DNA of 64,000 bases, taken from positions 62,001-126,000 of the forward strand of contig NMRA01000439.1 in the NCBI GenBank assembly GCA_002633005.1, given 5' to 3'. Shown here one piece after another: positions 61,101 through 64,000 of this stretch (position 1 is its first letter; each line of letters starts with the position of its first letter). The position numbers were made by a program, and so were the translations under genes. The notes beneath the pieces were generated by a model that was given only the letters and a program-made list of their open reading frames with translations, had not been told where the DNA came from and ran no database searches. This DNA is from Phoronis australis (Eukaryota > Animalia > Phoronida).

Positions 61101-64000
61101 TATACCAGAATACACATATTTGCTGAAGAGGGAAATGAATTAGTCAAATGGGATTTGCGAGCAAGATAGCTTTGTTCATGGATAATAAATTTATGTCGCA
61201 TAATGAGGGATGGAAAACAAAACCTAGATCGAGGACTACCTGTGATCTCAAAGTGCTCTCTAGAAATTCTTAAGGTTATAATACGTAACTGGGCTTAGTA
61301 TTAATTAACGGATGTGAAAAGCAAAGAATCGCATGATACATGAACTGTGATCTTCCCCCGTCACATCTTATTTTTGTTGCTACAAAAATAAATAAAAGGA
61401 GTTAAGTAAGGTGATCTGTCTGCAATCATGCACAAAAATAAATGACAAAATTGCAATTTTCCATTTCTAAAGACTTATTAAATACCGCAATTTTTTTACC
61501 AGTTTTGTCTCGTCATAACTGTTCATCATACACCATGAGCTGATGTTTTTCTGAGGATAAATTTGAAAAGACAAAATCCATGTCATGCTAAGTGTTGAAG
61601 ACTGTTTTCGTTCTTTGATCAAAAGCAACACAACAAATTTAAACTGATAAGAGCACTAATTCAAATTGGTTACTACTAGTAACCCTTCAAATAAAATCAT
61701 GTCGGGCCTAAAAATCAATCAGTCACCAGAAGACAAGATGGCTTACCAAGAGCTGTCAAACAATATGTAGTGGAAATAGTGACATTTTGAGAGTCCCCGC
61801 AAAACTAGTTTCGACAAGAAATGTTTTAAAGCGAGGAAGTCGGTAGTGAATATGTCATTGAACAGGTTTTGTGAATCTGTTATTAATATGCGGATGCAAT
61901 GAAAATCATTAAAATAATTTACTACACGGACGTTCCAAAATAGTAAGTCAAAGGAAATTTAGTTTTGAAAAACTATCACCTAATGCATTTGAGCAACTAA
62001 AAAGATTGCAGTTGTGCAAATTACGACTACAAATCAATGTTCTTACAAAAATAAACTTTTTTAAGACTACAGTATCATGTTGCATTTTGAAGTTTGTTAT
62101 CAAATTTGCTCTCCCTACAAATCAAGTTGTCGTAGGCCGAGCAGGCGAGTGTTGAGGTCACTCCACAGTTTCCTGAAAAATGCCAACTCAAGCAAAACCC
62201 CTCGAAAATCTTGTTAAACTTACGCATAAGGGAAGCCACAAAAATAAGGCACAGTTATCAAAATTGTAAACAGCAATATCAGGATTCCTTTGCCAGAAAA
62301 TACCTGCATGTGGTAACTAGGTGAAGACAATTCTGACCAGGTATCAGTAAAACAATAATACAAATAAGCTTCATGTAGTTAAGCAGCATCAATCTTACAT
62401 ACTCGTGCAGCAGAATGCAAGATCGATTATATATCTACCCATCTTGCAGAAAGGAAGGAAAGCACAGGCACAAAATATTGGCAAAATCTGGTTGCTTTAC
62501 AACAGTAACTTACACAGAATGGCAGTTTTTGGAGTGGTGCATTACTCCAACTGTACATTCCGATAACAACTGCGCTGCCGACGATATCGCCAAAAAAGTC
62601 ATTTAATAGAAAATGGGCAAGTCCAGATCCATGCAAAGTAGCAGACTGGACATGCAAACTGGATACAAAAGGGTAGTTGATGATGACATACGCCCACACG
62701 GTTCTGCCCAAATAGTTTGTGTAAAAAAATTGTATGACATTAGTTTATGCAACCTCGGACCAAAAACAACATTCGTCACGAGCCAGCATGCAGGCACATT
62801 TAGCCAGTTACCAACTATCATTTGTGTCACCATGAGCAGTTTTTCAACTACCCTGTACTGGTTACTTCAAGGACATAATAGGTAATTTTTACAACCGAGT
62901 CGATTGGAGCAAAGCAGTTGAAGTGCCTTGCTCAAGGACACAGTCACACGACTACACTACTGCTAGTACCTACCTAGAATTGCACCCACAACTATAAAGA
63001 TTTAGCACTACAACCACCTTAGATTGTGTTTGGCGACCTGGGAAAAATTCCAAGTCATCACGAGGTCACCACAGCGAGGATCAAAGTATTTCCCTCTAAA
63101 TTCATTTCAAGGTTCGAGTAGACTTCCAAACTTGAAATTACTAATGTTGTTCCTAGATTTGTTACCTTTGATTCACGGTTGTTCCATTTAGTGTGTGAAC
63201 TGAACGTATTTGCCACCATGTTGTTTAAATTGCAACACTAAGTAAACAGTTAGAAGTGTGAATTATTCTGGGAAAAATAAGGCAAGATCGGCGAAATTTG
63301 TGTCGCTTAAGACCAATTGGTCGGCGGGAGGAATAACTGAGTTACAGACCAGATGTATGTACGTTCTAGGCAACCTAGGATTTTTCCCAGGTCGCCAAAT
63401 GCGACTTGGCGCTAAGCTAAGCGTCGAGCACTGCATTATCTGAATAGACACAAATTTCTCAATTCCAAGACCAAAGGGTTGTAACCATAATCCCAAAGAC
63501 TGCTAAGATTAAAGGTGACGTATTAAGAATGTTTTTCTTTGCTGCAATAAGCGACTATCAAGATATGTGGACAATTCAATCTACACTACTACAGCTAGGC
63601 CTAGCCACAGCATAGCCATAGGCCTAGCCACAGCATAGCCATAGGCATAGGCTGGCATAGGATAGGCATAGGCTGGCATAGGCCATTGAAAAGGTAAAGT
63701 CCGCCAATGTCACAATACTTTGTTTTTGTATTTGAAGAGTGCTAAAAAGGTACAAGTTTACAATGCACAATGAGAACTTAACTGAAATCTCCAATCGCCC
63801 TTGTGGGCAGCCCAAGAAGAACGTGACTGAGCGAAATACAGACAGGGGTGAATCAGCTGATAGTTCGCTACCGATTTATCAGCTAGACTCAGAGACATCG
63901 TTAGGCCTACTCACCGTGAATGGAATTCCTTCCACACTGCCCACAGCGAAGCAGTGCTCGCCCGCATTGACAGCACCAGTGAGAACCTGGTGTCGGTTCA
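1085..64000 (-). CDS. DMXL2: DmX-like protein (Rabconnectin-3 alpha, DMXL1/DMXL2 orthologue); 44-exon gene, partial at both window edges
   Basis: Spliced translation matches hallmark DMXL motifs throughout: HQVLTGAVN, AYAAGCDIVILA, YIAHPRAITGLSWRKTSKYMPRG, HWLNNKELQFT, LPQYHPKQLLELLNFGKVRRVKAILAHL, WRKAALKNAYALLGKQRF, FEVDGGHLRYQLYIWLEREV, YLTGSQDGSVRMWEWG. All introns are GT-AG with compatible phases; exon lengths sum to ~9.6 kb. DMXL1 vs DMXL2 cannot be distinguished (likely single invertebrate orthologue). Confidence 0.96.
2574..2704 (-). CDS. DMXL2: DMXL exon 43: (Y)LTGSQDGSVRMWEWGHGQP...FNTQGNK
   Basis: WD40 repeat; AACAG / GTAAGT. Confidence 0.94.
3678..3727. repeat. (GT)n/(GGGTGT)n microsatellite
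   Basis: Directly visible, just inside the intron after exon 42. Confidence 0.9.
3743..3803 (-). CDS. DMXL2: DMXL exon 42: MSRRALPNVRKMGSHPSLPY
   Basis: Conserved VR+M.SHP..PYYL; TTCAG / GTGAGT. Confidence 0.9.
4072..4149. repeat. Two-copy tandem repeat (~38 bp, TTCTGCAGGTGATTATAGTGAC...CAATTCAAG)
   Basis: Direct repeat visible. Confidence 0.85.
4430..4900. repeat. Degenerate minisatellite with recurring TTGTCA..TGTGACATTTGACT core
   Basis: Core recurs roughly every 30-35 bp; highly diverged. Confidence 0.6.
5561..5635 (-). CDS. DMXL2: Probable in-frame cassette exon of DMXL: PRSGSMGRPFTINFLKERTLKLLRQ
   Basis: 75 nt, phase 0-0, long polypyrimidine tract + CACAG acceptor, CAG|GTATGT donor, no stop. 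Confidence 0.65.
6854..6919 (-). CDS. Possible second cassette exon: WSPGGILRKAWLLQRGRNVRHK (extendable in frame to a donor at 6803)
   Basis: 66 nt, phase 0-0, CCTAG / AAG|GTATAC; weak pyrimidine tract. Confidence 0.3.
7026..7280. mobile_element. MITE-like element with ~40-bp imperfect TIRs
   Basis: GGATAAGTGTCTATTATTTTGATCCTCGAGTATATTATGG vs CCATCATATACTCAAGTACAGAATAACAGATAATTATCC. Confidence 0.6.
7958..8135. mobile_element. Short MITE-like element
   Basis: TIR AATTGACCTATCG / CGATAGGCCAATT. Confidence 0.55.
8310..8420 (-). mobile_element. Partial copy (right end, inverted) of the 9267-9836 MITE family
   Basis: Reverse complement of ~9730-9832; runs toward the gap. Confidence 0.75.
8478..8772. 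other. Assembly gap (295 N)
   Basis: N run. Confidence 1.
8800..8938 (-). CDS. DMXL2: DMXL exon 41: PPRQSESEFIVV...HQSGRGGSV
   Basis: TCCAG / GTAAGT; ends in conserved Q(S/T)GRG.SV. Confidence 0.88.
9267..9836. mobile_element. MITE with ~42-bp TIRs (AGGGCTGTTCCAGCAAAATCTG...GGAAGGCA)
   Basis: Clear inverted termini; AGG ends suggest Kolobok-type (inference); TSD not intact. Confidence 0.8.
10259..10389 (-). CDS. DMXL2: DMXL exon 40: GNMNFLAMSTHKEVIEMDIS...DIDSIN
   Basis: TCCAG / GTACGT. Confidence 0.9.
10554..10779 (-). CDS. DMXL2: DMXL exon 39: SDHSTAQPAKRLWQYLVQQ...IHKDQDVINSFCIHQ
   Basis: Conserved KRLW.YLV.Q, FIRYIF; GACAG / GTGGGG. Confidence 0.92.
11294..11492 (-). CDS. DMXL2: DMXL exon 38: LPVCSPLLQEVL...PRNTPF
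   Basis: Conserved LPV.SPL and P.NTPF; CACAG / GTAAGT. Confidence 0.92.
12100..12251. repeat. Degenerate C/A-rich minisatellite (TACCCACCAACTACCCACA) abutting the exon 37 donor
   Basis: CATACCCGCCAACTC (the donor junction) recurs at ~12104. Confidence 0.8.
12242..12506 (-). CDS. DMXL2: DMXL exon 37: PIVSPLVSGITYDSEDE...EHMDPNSYSWSLMRYA...GIELA
   Basis: Conserved EH.DPNSYSW.L.R; TGTAG / GTATGT. Confidence 0.92.
13333..13855. mobile_element. Degenerate Kolobok-like MITE
   Basis: TTAA|AGGGCTATGTAGGACC ... GGTCCCACATGACCT|TTAT; related end also at ~16381-16399. Confidence 0.45.
13951..14126 (-). CDS. DMXL2: DMXL exon 36: SGTVSDPSKLRMY...FKESFVAPQCSIVNYFMAK
   Basis: CTCAG / GTGAGG; resembles conserved KE.F.PP..S...YF.AK. 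Confidence 0.88.
14606..14845 (-). CDS. DMXL2: DMXL exon 35: VTQLRAFLARERDENAPKLHIMLCEALMAVY...KLNTGLS
   Basis: TGTAG acceptor; phase-compatible donor A|GTAAGA. Confidence 0.88.
15278..15384 (-). CDS. DMXL2: DMXL exon 34: TSVVYKDSFLMAG...PNSAPSKWP
   Basis: TCCAG / GTATAT; P.KWPG motif across the junction. Confidence 0.88.
15868..15998 (-). CDS. DMXL2: DMXL exon 33: VLMMKNLGSALSACIYQCLCDCDN...
   Basis: Conserved ALSACIYQ.LCD; CTCAG / GTAGGT. Confidence 0.9.
16811..17119 (-). CDS. DMXL2: DMXL exon 32: LNQQLLRTLISYCSLHGTTGGGLASIRMEL...HITRE
   Basis: Conserved YCSLHG..GGGLAS.RMEL; 309 nt. Confidence 0.94.
17558..18057. mobile_element. hAT-like non-autonomous element, TIR CAGGGCTTGGAAT, 6-bp TSD CTGTAA
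   Basis: Perfect 13-bp TIR, subterminal CGCGGAAA motifs, CTGTAA on both flanks. Confidence 0.85.
18593..18780 (-). CDS. DMXL2: DMXL exon 31: PQSTEVSDG...TLHEVILAEKMDFEAKMERVKKRRRWLR
   Basis: TTCAG / GTGAGA; conserved LHEV..A.K.DFEAK. Confidence 0.9.
19749..20180 (-). CDS. DMXL2: DMXL exon 30: LGQKSSEIDWSQP...DIMAQQLKFIACLK...LYIWLEREV...
   Basis: Conserved motif; GCTAG / GTAAGT. Confidence 0.94.
20402..21311 (-). CDS. DMXL2: DMXL exon 29: IILNKLDDLQLALVVARLYE...DWSQPMSS
   Basis: 910 nt in ORF 20274..21320; HPDPF.RS, FNFYNYLRTHPLL, GCPALALEVL. Confidence 0.96.
21948..22113 (-). CDS. DMXL2: DMXL exon 28: SVNNKKMSDFFKNNFSEDRWRKAALKNAYALLGKQRFTHAAAFFLLAGNLKDSVE
   Basis: Signature Rav1p_C motif. 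Confidence 0.95.
22990..23346. repeat. 52-bp minisatellite (~6.5 copies) containing the exon 27 3' end and donor
   Basis: Units start at 23009, 23061, 23113, 23165, 23217, 23269, 23321. Confidence 0.95.
23329..23426 (-). CDS. DMXL2: DMXL exon 27: VAKASFQEKKDPLDAALYYLAMKKKNVLWGLF(R)
   Basis: Rav1p_C motif; TGCAG / GTAATG. Confidence 0.93.
24331..24450 (-). CDS. DMXL2: DMXL exon 26: ELMNMIPSMQKAEPKWTELRQFGFGWIVMNTNLLRKCMEK
   Basis: 120 nt; TGCAG / GTGAGG. Confidence 0.93.
24640..24835 (+). mobile_element. Degenerate tRNA-derived SINE
   Basis: A-box-like TTGGTTAGCG, decayed B box, TATCCCTGAGAAAGGCAC core. Confidence 0.5.
25019..25206 (-). CDS. DMXL2: DMXL exon 25: ...MDDCGLRYLLAMRHH...AWAFHSEAQE
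   Basis: Rav1p_C motif; GCCAG / GTATGT. Confidence 0.93.
25890..26267 (-). CDS. DMXL2: DMXL exon 24: ASGTINQREQDY...QLPGLSSLDQMYLLALADTVA...
   Basis: Conserved LPGLSxxDQMxLLALADT; GGCAG / GTGAGT. Confidence 0.93.
26660..27640 (-). CDS. DMXL2: DMXL exon 23: ...RWMKMRSIDLTTADGLPPLP...LPQYHPKQLLELLNFGKVRRVKAILAHL...
   Basis: 981 nt, ORF 26637..27629; Rav1p_C region motifs. Confidence 0.96.
27790..29674 (-). repeat. Second (probably allelic) copy of ~30100-32045, carrying the 3' part of exon 20 (29533-29674), exon 21 (28949-29125) and exon 22 (27881-28024)
   Basis: Near-identical sequence with SNPs/indels, begins exactly at single N 29675; exon peptides unchanged. Confidence 0.9.
28039..28236. 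repeat. 52-bp minisatellite, 4 copies (5 copies in the other copy at 30344-30595)
   Basis: GTTTGCAAGTGTCACAATGAGGGCGCTGTGCTGCAGGTTG... units. Confidence 0.9.
29676..30092 (-). mobile_element. 5'-truncated non-LTR retrotransposon (CR1/L2/Crack-like LINE) ORF2, end of RT domain and thumb
   Basis: Stop-free frame ELAIIHDWLIQNKLTLNVSKTKSMLFG...IENVDKFKYLGLILDPNLKFNMHI...LYHCIIQPHIDYCLPVWG...QNRAARAILG, typical of this LINE group; cut by N at 29675. Confidence 0.93.
30186..30329 (-). CDS. DMXL2: DMXL exon 22: VLIQKHLVQLDWVSMEDGSHCLTVGVGSKINVYAPVS...
   Basis: Conserved LDWVSxEDGSH.LTVGVG; second copy at 27881-28024. Confidence 0.9.
31305..31481 (-). CDS. DMXL2: DMXL exon 21: SPSPVSTSPT...VRKSIADKGNKI
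   Basis: TTTAG / GTGAGT; second copy at 28949-29125. Confidence 0.85.
31904..32227 (-). CDS. DMXL2: DMXL exon 20: RPITVSCAYSGRIAVAY...IYECESTGGSQWTLEDRI...SSPYA
   Basis: Conserved IYECESTGGS.W.LE; TCCAG / GTAATG. Confidence 0.93.
32318..32410. repeat. Two-copy ~43-bp tandem repeat
   Basis: GTTAGCACACGGCTGGTCAACACAGAGCAGGGGAGATTA x2. Confidence 0.85.
32709..32964 (-). CDS. DMXL2: DMXL exon 19: VCTQHLDLPPGVEVI...GHLSSSSIYPACFSPY...ITVS
   Basis: Conserved GHLSSSSIYPAC; TACAG / GTCTGC. Confidence 0.93.
33679..33836 (-). CDS. DMXL2: DMXL exon 18: QFNTSFRYAPDS...PKLTIKTNK
   Basis: Open frame, TGCAG / GTGCGT, phase 1-0. Confidence 0.82.
34677..34911 (-). CDS. DMXL2: DMXL exon 17: DWTHTQLLHVFQEQMITG...IHMWRIVISSEASNR
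   Basis: Conserved TQLLHVFQE; TGCAG / GTAAGG. Confidence 0.92.
35365..36612. repeat. Tandem duplication (35365-35994 / 35996-36612) across single N; likely haplotype overlap
   Basis: Near-identical halves; differ by one 43-bp minisatellite unit and a ~30-bp indel. Confidence 0.92.
37012..37149 (-). CDS. DMXL2: DMXL exon 16: SMSSS...NIVSLQSTARPGCIVELDDIAGTKQ
   Basis: Conserved QSTARPGCI; TTCAG / GTGAGC. Confidence 0.92.
37499..37634 (-). CDS. DMXL2: DMXL exon 15: SALGMVSNSPSSLFVASDGASLRVYQAVIDARAL...
   Basis: Conserved FVASDG..LRVYQAVIDAR; GCTAG / GTAAGT. Confidence 0.92.
38303..39073 (-). CDS. DMXL2: DMXL exon 14: LVDWLDDYIHGSFRQAQISFSSRIP...AFSNVAWLPTLLP
   Basis: 771 nt inside ORF 38299..39255; conserved ACGHRF, CHPVLPLLL, ELILWRVDAVGPLS. 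Confidence 0.95.
39070..39331. repeat. 22-bp minisatellite (12 copies) built from the exon 14 acceptor
   Basis: Minus-strand unit TATTATTG(A/G)CTATTGCAG(G/C)CTG. Confidence 0.95.
39653..39765 (-). CDS. DMXL2: DMXL exon 13: IAADEALDRQIEHLLQDWHTGGDMLFSIHPKDGSLLV(W)
   Basis: Conserved DMLFSIHPxDGS; CCTAG / GTAAGA. Confidence 0.92.
40521..40678 (-). CDS. DMXL2: DMXL exon 12 (linker): AEKKRHRSFFRRH...ENEYMK
   Basis: Open frame, TGTAG / GTAATA, phase 1-0. Confidence 0.75.
41014..41143 (-). CDS. DMXL2: DMXL exon 11 (low-complexity linker): ELNRKISSAS...KDTVH
   Basis: Open frame, TGCAG / GTTAGA, phases fit neighbours. Confidence 0.78.
41296..41537. mobile_element. Second CAGGGCTTGGAAT-family hAT-like element
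   Basis: TIR CAGGGCTTGGAAT / ATTCCAAGTCCTG; flanks AGACAT / AAACAT. Confidence 0.75.
42753..42917. repeat. Imperfect palindrome / hairpin-forming MITE remnant
   Basis: GTCAGCCTCAAGTGAACC...GCTCATGC pairs with GCATGAGC...GGTTCATTTGAGGCTGAC. Confidence 0.7.
43679..43785 (-). CDS. DMXL2: DMXL exon 10: DIPLMPAISAHDGTFSVHWLNNKELQFTLEAEKILK
   Basis: Conserved HWLNNKE; TTCAG / GTAAGC. Confidence 0.92.
43998..44125 (+). mobile_element. tRNA-derived SINE head
   Basis: A box TGGTCTAGTG, B box GGTTCAAATCC; no complete cloverleaf. Confidence 0.7.
44505..44590. repeat. (GT)n compound microsatellite
   Basis: Directly visible. Confidence 0.95.
45157..45332 (-). CDS. DMXL2: DMXL exon 9: HAIHKRRK...HFHLAATINPTT
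   Basis: Conserved HFHLAAxINP; TGTAG / GTATAT. Confidence 0.9.
45761..45946 (-). CDS. DMXL2: DMXL exon 8: GSVANMLVTSCRDSICRIWCETLLP...KLTHI
   Basis: Conserved motif; phase 2-2. Confidence 0.92.
46200..46329 (-). CDS. DMXL2: DMXL exon 7: SMPGSRQ...FVYIAHPRAITGLSWRKTSKYMP
   Basis: Highly conserved DMXL motif; CACAG / GTAGGT. Confidence 0.92.
46953..47059 (-). CDS. DMXL2: DMXL exon 6: TANPVHYLQFSPDGLLFASAGKNDRLVKIFYETQQ
   Basis: WD40 repeat; CTCAG / GTAAGT. Confidence 0.9.
47677..47822 (-). CDS. DMXL2: DMXL exon 5 with apparent +1 frameshift: TRLLTG / SDTIHMWHEETEPETDGGVSFSLGDAEEHGSDPHWRSIWHT
   Basis: 146 nt, one base too long for phase 1-2; WD-repeat peptide continues in the shifted frame after the GGGG run. 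Confidence 0.85.
48048..48315 (+). mobile_element. Near full-length tRNA-derived SINE with (TTTAC)n tail
   Basis: A box TAGTTCAGTGG, B box GGTTCAATTCC, CTTGAGCACGGCAC core, tail ...TTTACTTTACTTT. Confidence 0.75.
48590..48845. repeat. Degenerate 20-bp minisatellite (CCAATATTAATCAAG core)
   Basis: About 12 diverged units in 20-bp register. Confidence 0.85.
49112..49190 (-). CDS. DMXL2: DMXL exon 4: KLDYQWYQTGTIPTDSYINTLSWNLE(G)
   Basis: 79 nt, TTTCAG / GTGAGT, phase 0-1. Confidence 0.88.
49802..49873 (-). CDS. DMXL2: DMXL exon 3: IAAAYDRQVFIFEPAPLLYHDSPH
   Basis: 72 nt, TTGCAG / GTAAGT. Confidence 0.9.
50100..50170 (-). mobile_element. tRNA-derived SINE head (fragment)
   Basis: Reverse complement gives GGTGTAGTGGTTAGA...AGTTCAATC. 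Confidence 0.5.
52719..52844 (-). CDS. DMXL2: DMXL exon 2: AYAAGCDIVILASDFQRVQIIPGATHGNIQVQCIDCSTDTGK
   Basis: 126 nt, TTGTAG acceptor, AAG|GTAGGA donor, conserved peptide. Confidence 0.93.
52835..53350. repeat. Diverged ~80-bp tandem repeat containing the exon 2 acceptor
   Basis: CCTACAACGTGAAACAA recurs with decay at ~52844, 52929, 53013, 53090, 53173, 53253. Confidence 0.75.
53623..53745. repeat. 15-bp minisatellite (ATCAGGTTATAACTC) ~8 copies
   Basis: Directly visible; explains the SYNLM ORF. Confidence 0.95.
55734..59413. repeat. 1.84-kb tandem duplication (55734-57569 / 57571-59413) across single N; likely haplotype overlap
   Basis: Near-identical halves joined at N 57570. Confidence 0.95.
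62895..63020 (-). mobile_element. SINE core fragment
   Basis: Reverse complement TGTGTCCTTGAGCAAGGCACTT, same core as the 48048 SINE. Confidence 0.55.
63915..64000 (-). CDS. DMXL2: DMXL exon 1 (A of ATG is just outside the window): (M)NRHQVLTGAVNAGEHCFAVGSVEGIPFT
   Basis: Matches the DMXL N-terminus; donor ACG|GTGAGT. Confidence 0.93.

Noticed and set aside
60556-63815. Cluster of 60-117 aa ORFs in intron 1 as a possible nested gene
   Set aside because: No domain similarity, no consistent strand or splice chain

Overview
Eukaryotic (invertebrate-like, AT-rich, draft short-read-style assembly) genomic DNA. Almost the whole window is one large minus-strand gene, the DmX-like / Rabconnectin-3 alpha orthologue (DMXL1/DMXL2 family; WD40 propellers + Rav1p_C domain, V-ATPase assembly regulator). 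I traced 44 GT-AG exons by hand from the start codon (window begins one base inside ATG; MNRHQVLTGAVNAG...) to the C-terminal WD40 region. Together they give about 3,200 codons with consistent splice phases; the last exons lie left of base 1. Notable points: (1) a +1 frameshift in a G-run of exon 5; (2) one strong and one weaker in-frame cassette-exon candidate in the intron between exons 41 and 42; (3) repeated tandem duplication of the splice sites themselves at five exon borders; (4) three tandem duplications at single-N joins that look like two haplotypes assembled side by side, one duplicating exons 20-22 and exposing a young 5'-truncated LINE seen in only one copy; (5) several MITE families, including a CAGGG-ended one with 6-bp target duplications and an inverted pair flanking exon 41, plus tRNA-derived SINEs. 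I found no prokaryotic-type system, CRISPR array or convincing nested gene. Most short ORFs in the track are antisense shadows or noise.
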